Of a DNA stretch of 64,000 nt, positions 38,601 to 46,199 are shown one piece after another. Source of the DNA: a virus; the IMG/VR virus record IMGVR_UViG_3300045988_172415. One strand, 5' to 3'. The notes beneath the pieces are model-generated. The model was given only the letters and a program-made list of their open reading frames with translations, was not told the origin of the DNA and searched no databases. A program made the translations under genes and the position numbers. Position 1 is the first letter of the stretch, and each line of letters starts with the position of its first letter.

Positions 38601-41054
38601 GTCACCCTCGGCAAGCAGGATTCAAGCGGCGGCTGGCAGGCCGTCAAAACGGTGAAGACCGACAAGGACGGCTACTACGAGTTCAACCTGCTCCACTCCG
38701 GCACCTACCGTACTTCGGTGAAACGCAACACTGGCACCAGTACGGGTGATGGCGTGCAGACGCAGGTCAAAACCTACTATGGCAAGCTCGAAAACGTGAC
38801 GAACACGCGAAGCTGGTCGAACAAAATCAAGTCCAACGCGAAAGACACGTCCGACGACATCCACCTAGGCATCGGCGCAGACCAGAAGAACGTGGACTAC
38901 GGGTATGCGAAACCAGACCCGAAAGCCACCGTGGACAAAACCGTCACCGGCACCAGTTGCACCGATACGAAATGCGTCATCAACTGGGATGTCAAAGTAC
39001 AGAATTCTGGCACTAGTCGTTTTGATACTTCCAGTGTCGTTTCTGACCGTATGAGCGCCGACGTGCATGATGTTTCCGCTACCGCCGGTACGGTTTCTAT
39101 CGAGTCTGGTGGTGCGAAGCAGGTTGCGACGAGTGGCGACCATAAGTTTGTGTTGACGAACGAGGGCTTGTTGTATGCGTGGGGTAACAACCAGTATGGT
39201 CAATTAGGTTTCAAGCCTGACACGACGAATACCGCTACCCCAACGAACGTGAACAAGCCGACCATCGTCAACGGTAGTTGGCTGAAAGTCGCCGCCGGTG
39301 GCAAGCATTCCGCCGCCATCAGCACGGACGGCCACTTGTACACGACTGGTTGGAACGGTAAAGGCCAATTGGGTACGGGTGATACGGATAATCGTGACCA
39401 GTGGACTCTAGTCGCAGAAGATAAGACGTTTGTTGACGTGGCGTGCGGCAACCAGTTCACTGTGGCGATAGCAAGTGACGGCACCTTGTGGGTGGTCGGA
39501 AAAGTCAGTTCCACCTCGTATTCAACGTGGACGCAAATCCAGTCGGGTAAAACGTTCACGCAGGTCAGCGCCAGCACGTACAGGTGGGTCGCGTTGACGT
39601 CCTACGGCGGTTGTGTGGTGGACGGCGACGAGTTTTTCTCTATTGGTTTCACGCAAGTTGTCGCCTCATTCGGCAACGCCTACGGGTTGACTGACGCGGG
39701 TACAGTGATAGTGCTCGTCGACGGAGGTGATAGCGGTATCGGCCAGTCCAATGTGTCTAATCTGAGGTACATCACCCGTATCGGTGGCGGATACAACACT
39801 TTCTACGCCATCGACAAGAACCAACACTTGTGGGCGGCTGGCTGGAATGGTGACGGCCAATTAGCGAACGGTAAGACCGGTACAGGCAGGTATTGGACCA
39901 ACGGCAGTACGAGCGGCAACGCGGATATTGTTTCCACGCCAATCGATACGGGCATTACCGCATCCGACGTTGCGGGCGGCGACCGTGACGTGCTCATTGT
40001 CGGCAAGCAGGTCATGATTGCGGGCTTCGACCCGTATGGTGACGGCAAGACGGGTGGCGCACGTTCCACCGGTTTGAAGGGAATGGTCGTATCGTCCGAC
40101 CCGACCGCCGTACCGGTCGAACCGTTGAGCGAGTCCACGGAGAAGGGGTTGACGACCCGCACGTACAATCTGCCGTATGCGATTGAGTCGGGCGGCTATG
40201 TCATCTACCATTTCACTGGCACCGTTGACCGTGAAACTGCGGATACTACCAAGTGGTCTCCAACTGAGAAAGACGAGTGGGTCAAGAAGAATACGAAGAC
40301 CATTCTCAACCAAGCATGGTTCACCTCCGAACACACGCCATACTCAGGCACGCCACATGCAAGCGGCAAAACCAAGCCGGACCCTCCGAACGCATCCAAA
40401 CTGGATACGAACACGAATGACGTGACCGGCAATCCGACATGCCGCACCGACACCGACTATACGGAGGAAGGACGCCAACACTGGTTCAGCACGTCCGATG
40501 AGGACTCCTGCGACCAAGTCGGCACCATCATCACACCAACCACCACCGCGAAGAAACTCGGTTCCATCAGCGGCCTGTATTGGGAGGATACCAACAAGAA
40601 CGGCATTCAAGATGAAGGTGAGAACACGCATTTCGCCGGTCAGACGGTCATTCTGACTGACGAGAACGGCAAACAGTTGGCAACCACCAAGACCGACAAG
40701 GATGGCAAGTACATTTTCGAACGTCTGGACGCGAACGGCAACAAATACCGTATCCAATTCACCAAAGTGAACCACCGGGACTTCACCACGCCGGATGTGG
40801 GAGACAAGACTCCTGCGACGGATGGAAGCTCCACTGATTCGGATGCTTACACGGATGAAGCCAACAAGCTGACCATCACCCTCACCCAAGATGCTCCAAC
40901 CAAGGAGCATGTGGATGCGGGTGTCCTGCCTGAAACATGGTTGGCGACCATGCCGCACACGGGCATGGGATTGCTGTTGCCGCTCCTCATGCTCGTCAGC
41001 ATCAGCGGACTCGTCGCGGCAATCATCCTCCTACGAAAGAAGGAAGAACAGTGA
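35676..41054 (+). CDS. giant cell-wall-anchored adhesin (putative pilus tip/ancillary adhesin) with RCC1-repeat β-propeller and SdrD-B/CnaB-like domains
   Basis: 1,792 aa. Signal peptide. RCC1 repeats ('LYAWGNNQYGQLG', 'LYTTGWNGKGQLGTGD', 'LWAAGWNGDGQLANG'). Two SdrD-B-like modules ('SGTVWWDKDENTLIGD...DKDGYYEF', 'SGLYWEDTNKNGIQDEGE...DKDGKYIF'). C-terminal 'MPHTG' followed by TM and 'RKKEEQ'. Confidence 0.7.
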   Translation: MGILKKHVAHPVALLAAIATLASGLTCMTNPVASPKAHADELKPAYATAKIVKKADGTGHGTSSQTFVNSKNGFATGDDSPTDGVVASGDTVEYSLTLNFNAAGKRTINVKFDLDDAPYLQTADGGGFCQPGQLVTAKKNSDGSCSYTVPAGGVETMTQTFYLKAKDTGGLVKPGQIPKIVVAREGGTSTTYRTDELTVVSAPAADLVIDNGGNPVKGQYSYEHRTYWSQNTDATGDFTIRADALTYPGYSSTKGASTSIDWTTKVDISDFPQNTVWTVGGQRITRNSDKEQYLTVSSGKNGAAATISYRIPAGTDALKNMKEGDVKYYDVHLVPDETVFSVKDDNGDALLNMGKGGEPGWNIGRDKSTYNKDTGARVGYPYANNDWSRAIIQRLKPTPAGKIPLFGKGLQRPNTASKTMFDKENLTFDAAEGKADIYHYYSDGSGDTVSRGTQVKTILEMYAANVTADKLKNTTPTMQDEWDNTRMRWDGSLEVTQNGAPVSDYKVQWDDSKDNWHDGEPSDTDAPNVKKIRVTFNPDTLTLGKGAPNVQVTFNTLAIADVSKGNVEALDTLTAWLTEDDKASVTNWVWIAKPVDPTTSIDISLKAYDGEGNQVYANNSSNHPSGSAVDLTPGMRVDYTVTEQLRTILLSNTSMTPTITVPKPKGLYNPTCDDSFWQMKVDGNNLVFTPRSGKVTPEVDRMGSATLPDLHFSGIVSNLATGTVTASANMSVDVDENGALQAQTIKSNTPSVPFPVSNAETNSGIMRVKTTKAEISDPLTWEFNVYGKGGGHTGTMDSMLLLPANGDEKYVQDKLVEYERGYSNYHGSYELTQPVTVNMDNSTSTTVYYSTTTGKKSDNPADYEWKTWDELSSIEKKNIIAIRLTSTVVASDDKLSYSAVNGAITLTPSDNVKDDKYTLWLGRNYYSDASDKPAGNQPWPDVAKVVAGSISGTVWWDKDENTLIGDSEERIEGVEVTLGKQDSSGGWQAVKTVKTDKDGYYEFNLLHSGTYRTSVKRNTGTSTGDGVQTQVKTYYGKLENVTNTRSWSNKIKSNAKDTSDDIHLGIGADQKNVDYGYAKPDPKATVDKTVTGTSCTDTKCVINWDVKVQNSGTSRFDTSSVVSDRMSADVHDVSATAGTVSIESGGAKQVATSGDHKFVLTNEGLLYAWGNNQYGQLGFKPDTTNTATPTNVNKPTIVNGSWLKVAAGGKHSAAISTDGHLYTTGWNGKGQLGTGDTDNRDQWTLVAEDKTFVDVACGNQFTVAIASDGTLWVVGKVSSTSYSTWTQIQSGKTFTQVSASTYRWVALTSYGGCVVDGDEFFSIGFTQVVASFGNAYGLTDAGTVIVLVDGGDSGIGQSNVSNLRYITRIGGGYNTFYAIDKNQHLWAAGWNGDGQLANGKTGTGRYWTNGSTSGNADIVSTPIDTGITASDVAGGDRDVLIVGKQVMIAGFDPYGDGKTGGARSTGLKGMVVSSDPTAVPVEPLSESTEKGLTTRTYNLPYAIESGGYVIYHFTGTVDRETADTTKWSPTEKDEWVKKNTKTILNQAWFTSEHTPYSGTPHASGKTKPDPPNASKLDTNTNDVTGNPTCRTDTDYTEEGRQHWFSTSDEDSCDQVGTIITPTTTAKKLGSISGLYWEDTNKNGIQDEGENTHFAGQTVILTDENGKQLATTKTDKDGKYIFERLDANGNKYRIQFTKVNHRDFTTPDVGDKTPATDGSSTDSDAYTDEANKLTITLTQDAPTKEHVDAGVLPETWLATMPHTGMGLLLPLLMLVSISGLVAAIILLRKKEEQ

Positions 41055-41065
41055 AAGGAACAAGA

Positions 41066-41998
41066 ATGGGCGAACACGCCACACAATCACACGGGAGCCG
41101 TCACATGGTTCGGCGGCTCCTCGCCACCCTCGCCATCATGAGCGCGGTCTGCGGCGGCTTCCTCACCGGTAGTGCAATAGCCGCCGAACCAGCCAAATGC
41201 AATACTGGCGTGGACAAGGTTTGCTACGCGGGCTATAACGCGGCGGGATTGAAACAGATTGCCGACGATTTAAGCGAGAAAGGCAAAGGAAGCACATACT
41301 ATGCCGCAATGGAAAAGAACCTGACCGACGGGGTCAAAGGCACGCTCACCCTATCAGACGGCTCGAACCTCCCATTCCGACTCATCGGCATCCTCCACGA
41401 CGACAAAGCCGACGGAAGTGGACGAAAAGCAGGATTGACGTTCATGGCTTGGAACGCGTTACCGAAAGCGTATGCCATGAACAATAGTCACACCAATAAT
41501 GGCGGCTGGCGTGACAGTCTTCTCCGCAATCAGATGAACAATGGTGAAATCTGGAACCAATTCCCAACCGACTTCCAAAACAACGTCACAACCGTGCTGA
41601 AACAAACCAACAACATGGCCTACGGAAGCACAGTCGGTTCAAGCGCGTCAGCCACGGCAGACAAAGTATGGCTCGTCTCCTACCGTGAACTCGTACCAAC
41701 CTTATACGATGGTTGGAAGACCTCTGGTGGTTTCCAAGCGTTGAATCAGGAGGGAAGCCAATACGAGTATTTCCACGGTAAGGTGACAAATAACTGGTCG
41801 GGTAATAGCATTCTCTCCGGCATCTACAAGACCGTTTCCGGTTCCGCTCCTCTTGGTGCTTACGGCAGCTTTTGGTGGGAGCGTTCGCCCGACCCGGACC
41901 TCTACGGCCATTTCCTCCTAGTGAGCTCGTACGGCGACCCCAGCTACAGCGACCGTGCCGACTATCGCTACTCCGTTGTCCCCGCTTTCTCCTTCTAA
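41066..41998 (+). CDS. DGR target protein: secreted protein with a C-terminal variable region
   Basis: Start at 41066 with RBS GAAAGGA; the track ORF begins at 40937 inside the adhesin gene. Sec signal peptide (MVRRLLATLAIMSAVCGGFLTGSAIAAEP). The last ~50 codons are a VR homologous to the downstream TR. Confidence 0.7.
   Translation: MGEHATQSHGSRHMVRRLLATLAIMSAVCGGFLTGSAIAAEPAKCNTGVDKVCYAGYNAAGLKQIADDLSEKGKGSTYYAAMEKNLTDGVKGTLTLSDGSNLPFRLIGILHDDKADGSGRKAGLTFMAWNALPKAYAMNNSHTNNGGWRDSLLRNQMNNGEIWNQFPTDFQNNVTTVLKQTNNMAYGSTVGSSASATADKVWLVSYRELVPTLYDGWKTSGGFQALNQEGSQYEYFHGKVTNNWSGNSILSGIYKTVSGSAPLGAYGSFWWERSPDPDLYGHFLLVSSYGDPSYSDRADYRYSVVPAFSF
41831..41984 (+). repeat. DGR variable repeat (VR) at the 3' end of the target gene
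   Basis: A 154-bp match to TR 42629–42782. All 24 mismatches fall at positions where TR has adenine. The 3' ~19 bp are identical to TR (IMH-like GC-rich end 'CGCTACTCCGTTGTCCCCG'). Confidence 0.85.
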
Positions 41999-42011
41999 TC
42001 CCCAATCCTTG

Positions 42012-42036
42012 GGTGGTGGGGTTCATCCCCACCACC
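42012..42036 (+). other. GC-rich hairpin just downstream of the VR/target stop
   Basis: Perfect 10-bp inverted repeat GGTGGTGGGG-TTCAT-CCCCACCACC, 14 nt after the stop. Confidence 0.6.
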
Positions 42037-42070
42037 CCTCCAAACTCAAATCTCACACAAAAGGAGTCCT

Positions 42071-42586
42071 ATGACGGTTCCCGCAAGCAAACGTACAAAA
42101 GCCAAAAGCGAATATGCGAATCAGGCCAGAATCGTGCTCTTGGCTACCAGAAATCTGTTCCGCAAATGGCCTAAAAGCCGTAACTGCATTGAAACCGTGC
42201 ATGTCATGCATATCGCCTACGAAATGTACTCCTCCGCCTACAGTGCCGACATCATTTATGCAAGCACTGTAGAAGAGCATGAGATGAAACTGCAACTGTT
42301 GTGCAAGGCCCAAGGCATGCTGAACTCACTCTCCGGTCTTGTGGACGATTGGATGGAGTTTCCTCCACGGGAAAAAGACTTGGAAGCCTACAGGAAATAT
42401 CCGGAAGGCGACCCCAGATACAATCCCGTCGTCAAGGAGAAGAAATTCGTGAACTATGCGGGAACCCTCTACAAGGCGATGGGCGTGTTCACCGGAGCCG
42501 TCAAGTATGAGCGAGACCAGTTGAAGAAAGCTAAAAACGCCGAGTCGAAAACGAACACTATAATGGATACTCGGGCGCAAGCCTAA
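42071..42586 (+). CDS. avd: accessory variability determinant (Avd)-like protein
   Basis: 171-aa basic helical protein with RBS AAGGAG, sitting between the VR gene and TR, which is the canonical DGR Avd position. It is larger than typical ~120–130-aa Avd proteins. Confidence 0.45.
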   Translation: MTVPASKRTKAKSEYANQARIVLLATRNLFRKWPKSRNCIETVHVMHIAYEMYSSAYSADIIYASTVEEHEMKLQLLCKAQGMLNSLSGLVDDWMEFPPREKDLEAYRKYPEGDPRYNPVVKEKKFVNYAGTLYKAMGVFTGAVKYERDQLKKAKNAESKTNTIMDTRAQA

Positions 42587-42628
42587 AATATAATTGAACA
42601 AAATCGGCCATATCCAAACTATGGTGAC

Positions 42629-42782
42629 ACCGTTTCCGGTTCCACTCCTCTTGGTGCTAACAACAACAATTGGTGGGAGCGTTCGCCCAACCCGAACAAC
42701 AACAACAATTTCCTCCAAGTGAACTCGAACGGCGACCCCAGCTACAACAACAATGCCAACAATCGCTACTCCGTTGTCCCCG
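42629..42782 (+). repeat. DGR template repeat (TR)
   Basis: A non-coding copy of the VR, rich in AAC/AAT triplets. Every difference from VR is at a TR adenine. A spacer of ~190 bp separates it from the RT start. Confidence 0.85.
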
Positions 42783-42976
42783 ATTCCTCTTACCAAAAAC
42801 TAACATCAGATAGGCCAGTAGCCCAATGGGTGAAAGCCTCCCGAAGGGGAAGGGGATATGGTCGAATGCGCGGCCCCTCGAAAAATGGGTTGCGTGTGAA
42901 ATAGGTTGAGGGAGATATTAAGACTGTCGGGAACGACGGATACTCGCCCCTTAAGCTGGGCGTCCAACATCATTGC

Positions 42977-44206
42977 ATGTCTTGGGTTGTTGCCGACGAC
43001 CTGCCCTCAACCATTCTTTTCTCTTTCCCTAGTGAAGGAAGCATTAAAATCGTGAATGCGAGTCAAAGACGTAGAAGACGCCAACGCAGACTGCAACAAC
43101 GCTCGGATGATAAGTACAGGAAGCTCCACCGTTACATCGACTTCCAACAAACATTCGGATTCGACGCGCTCTACCAAGCCGCAAGAAAATGCAAACGCGG
43201 CGTCACATGGAAAAACACAGTGTTGAACTTCGACAATAGGCGTGCCGTCAACTGTTGGAAACTCGCCCAAGAATTAGAGGACGGCACATACAAGAAGAGA
43301 GCGCCAATCCGATTCGACATTCCCGAACGAGGCAAACTCCGCCACATCAGCGCGGTATCCTTCCGAGACCGGGTGGTGCAACGCGCCTTATGCGACAACA
43401 GTCTCGTCCCCATCGTGGAAAGCCAACTGATATACGATAATGCGGCAAGCCTACCGAAACGTGGAACATCGTTCGCCCGAAAACGGTTCGAACTACACTA
43501 TAAGCGGGCTTTGGGCAAATGGGAGCATCCGTATGCTGTCATCTTCGACTGTTCCAACTATTTCGGAAGTATCAGCTCCCAACGAGCGTTCGATATGATT
43601 TCCACCCTGTACCGGAGCATCGCCCGCACCGGACGGGAGAAGCAGGATGTGGAACGGATTCTAACCGTATTGAGAATCTTCGTATTGGACGAACCTCACT
43701 TGGGTTTAGGCAATCAGACAAGCCAAACCATGGCTATCTGGTATTTGAACAAGGTTGACCACTGGTGCATGTCACAAGGATTCTACGGACGGTATATGGA
43801 TGATGCCTACTGTTTCTGCAAGAATCGTGAACAGGCCGAACGTGTGCTGGCCGGTTACGAGCGGCATGTCAATCAATTGGGATTGCGGTTGAACAAGCGC
43901 AAGACCCGCATAGTGGACTGTCGCACCGGTCAACTCACATTCCTGAAACGCGTATACAGCGTACAGGATGACGGCAGTATTCTTATCCGCATGCACCATA
44001 AGGCGTTGCGTGCAAGCCGACGGCATGCGCGTAACCTTATCCGCTCATATGATGGCGTGCATGTGGGATTGCGGACAGTTCAGGATTCTTGGACGAGCCA
44101 TGAGAGCACACTGTCGGGTCTAACTCACCGTCGTGGACTGTGCGCTCGGGAGAAAGCGTGGTATCGGAGGCATTGTGAAATGCGGAAGCTGGCTTTTCAC
44201 CCGTGA
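42977..44206 (+). CDS. DGR reverse transcriptase
   Basis: RT motifs 'ISAVSFRDRVVQRAL', 'LGLGNQTSQTMAIWYL' (the DGR-specific GNxTSQ in place of the group-II QGxxSP) and 'YGRYMDDAYCF' (YMDD). The start codon is uncertain. Confidence 0.85.
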   Translation: MSWVVADDLPSTILFSFPSEGSIKIVNASQRRRRRQRRLQQRSDDKYRKLHRYIDFQQTFGFDALYQAARKCKRGVTWKNTVLNFDNRRAVNCWKLAQELEDGTYKKRAPIRFDIPERGKLRHISAVSFRDRVVQRALCDNSLVPIVESQLIYDNAASLPKRGTSFARKRFELHYKRALGKWEHPYAVIFDCSNYFGSISSQRAFDMISTLYRSIARTGREKQDVERILTVLRIFVLDEPHLGLGNQTSQTMAIWYLNKVDHWCMSQGFYGRYMDDAYCFCKNREQAERVLAGYERHVNQLGLRLNKRKTRIVDCRTGQLTFLKRVYSVQDDGSILIRMHHKALRASRRHARNLIRSYDGVHVGLRTVQDSWTSHESTLSGLTHRRGLCAREKAWYRRHCEMRKLAFHP

Positions 44207-44475
44207 TTTCCGGACTTTCCAGATTGGTGGAGGGGTGTAATCTGCTGGAAGCGGTGGCGCAGAATCTTCCGCTTCCTCAATCGTTTGGATGAGATTTCGT
44301 GAGGCTTGGATTGTATCGTATTTTACTCGGCATGCTTGTCGGCTAGTTTTTCTTCCCAGCTTGGTGTTACACTGGGTTTACTTGCATTTCCTTCCTCGGG
44401 ACTTCGCCCATGTGGGGCTTTAGAGGTTATCAGCGCATTGGTCAGAGTATGCCGTTTGAGTGAAAGGAAACTGTC

Positions 44476-45087
44476 ATGGCAGGTTTTGATGATATTACGG
44501 TCACTCGCAGTGATGGCCGTTTGAAGGTTAAGGCTCCATATAATCCGTTGTTCGCCCGTCGCTCCCGCGCGTTGGGTGGAACGTTTGATGACAAGTTGAA
44601 GACTTGGACGTTCGATATGCGTGTGGAAAGGCTGGTGTTCGAAGCTTTAGACAAATACTTCTGGTGGCATAAGGGCGTGGACGCTGAAAAGCGTGTCACA
44701 GTCACCATCGACCCCTACGACTACTTGTACGCGTACTCCAAGCAGGATAGCGACATTATCTGGTTCGCTGGTCGAATCCTAGTCGAAAAATATCAGCCCG
44801 ACCGTCCACCGCGCATGATGCCGAATGTGGCTCTCGTGGATGGCATGTGGCCTAAAACCGGCTTGTACACGGGGTTGAATCTCAGTCCCGACAAACTCCG
44901 ATTATTGGTATGGGATGTTCCAACCAGTTTTCTGGAACGACTGTCGTCCGGCAAGTATGAGTTGTCTGAGCCGGATGGTGACACGTTGACTGCGGTTGAC
45001 GTTCGTATTCAGGCTATGGAGGAACGGTTAGGCCGGTTGAGGGAACTCCGAACCCGACTCGCCTCTAATAGTGAGGATGGTGAATGA
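44476..45087 (+). CDS. hypothetical protein (203 aa)
   Basis: ORF with RBS GAAAGGAAA; its end overlaps the next gene (ATGA). Confidence 0.4.
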   Translation: MAGFDDITVTRSDGRLKVKAPYNPLFARRSRALGGTFDDKLKTWTFDMRVERLVFEALDKYFWWHKGVDAEKRVTVTIDPYDYLYAYSKQDSDIIWFAGRILVEKYQPDRPPRMMPNVALVDGMWPKTGLYTGLNLSPDKLRLLVWDVPTSFLERLSSGKYELSEPDGDTLTAVDVRIQAMEERLGRLRELRTRLASNSEDGE

Positions 45088-46091
45088 TGCTCTCCGTGCC
45101 GATTAATGGTCAAGTCCAGTCGCGTCTCATTCCGCCCACGTTCGTGGAAGACAACATCAGCGACATGTTCAAGGCTGTGGACGCCGGACACAATATCGTC
45201 GTGACGGCAGTGGACGAGTACGGTAATCGAACCAGTATTACCACGCCGGATAATGTGAATCATGACATGCTGGGGCGTCCTCTCGAATTCGCGTCCCATC
45301 CCGTACTGATGCGGAATGTGCGCCGTTGGATGGTTTGGCTGTTGCAAGCGCAATACTGCAAGGATTACAAGTGGGATACGAACAGGCTTGGAGGTTGGAT
45401 GGAAGTGTTGGGTTTACCAGCCGACCTTGATATTCCCGTAACGGAGGAACATTTACGCGTGTTGAAGCCTGTGTTTAACAAGGATGATGCCGACCCGTAT
45501 CGGCTTGTCGCACGATACGACAAGCAACATTATGCTTCATGCACCCTCAGCACTCTCATACGGTTAGCCGAACAAACCACGCCAAACTATGCCCTGAACA
45601 ATCCCACCCGCTGGTGCCAAACCGACCGATACCGCAAACTCAGCATCCAACCCAATCCGAAAGAAAACTGGGACGGAATGGACAGGGTACGCGACTGTTG
45701 GAGCGGATGCGAATGGGCATACCCCGCATTGGAACGCTACTATAATCCGATTCGACTATTACGCGACGAATACCGGCGGGGAGGACTACCTGAAACCTTC
45801 CACTATCCAATACACACGACAAAAGGCGAATACCGGTTGGCGAAAGGACAAATCAGCCCCCACGCAACAATCCTCCTCAACGGCAAGCCCGTAGGACTCA
45901 TGTTCAGCGACGATTGCGAGGAACCATTCACCGACCGGATACCACCCGAATGGTGCGCCACACCCTTACCGGAAAACTATAAGACCACGCCACTCAACAG
46001 AAACATTCCCGTAAACGGCGAATTCAAACCATCATTCCAGCAAGCCATGCTGGGATTCGTGGAATGGTATGAGAAAACGCACAAGGGATAG
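45084..46091 (+). CDS. hypothetical protein (335 aa, Trp/Cys-rich)
   Basis: ORF translationally coupled to the upstream gene. Confidence 0.4.
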   Translation: MMLSVPINGQVQSRLIPPTFVEDNISDMFKAVDAGHNIVVTAVDEYGNRTSITTPDNVNHDMLGRPLEFASHPVLMRNVRRWMVWLLQAQYCKDYKWDTNRLGGWMEVLGLPADLDIPVTEEHLRVLKPVFNKDDADPYRLVARYDKQHYASCTLSTLIRLAEQTTPNYALNNPTRWCQTDRYRKLSIQPNPKENWDGMDRVRDCWSGCEWAYPALERYYNPIRLLRDEYRRGGLPETFHYPIHTTKGEYRLAKGQISPHATILLNGKPVGLMFSDDCEEPFTDRIPPEWCATPLPENYKTTPLNRNIPVNGEFKPSFQQAMLGFVEWYEKTHKG

Positions 46092-46199
46092 CAAAAGAGG
46101 AAAGCCCCCTTAGTTGAGGGGCTTTCTGGTAAATGTCAAATGGTGGCAAGCTTGAATTCTTCCAGCTTGTCCATGCTAAACCGCCCAGAACAACAAAAC

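Noticed and set aside
40937-41065. Track start of the DGR target 129 nt upstream, inside the adhesin gene
   Set aside because: That start lacks an RBS and overlaps the adhesin's C-terminal sorting signal. The Met at 41066 follows GAAAGGA and immediately precedes a canonical signal peptide.
42588-42628. Whether the TR might be part of a coding gene (a second target)
   Set aside because: Frames in all registers through 42629–42782 give Asn-homopolymer-like translations ('GANNNNWWERSPNPNNNNNF...') with no start or RBS. This is typical of a non-coding template repeat.
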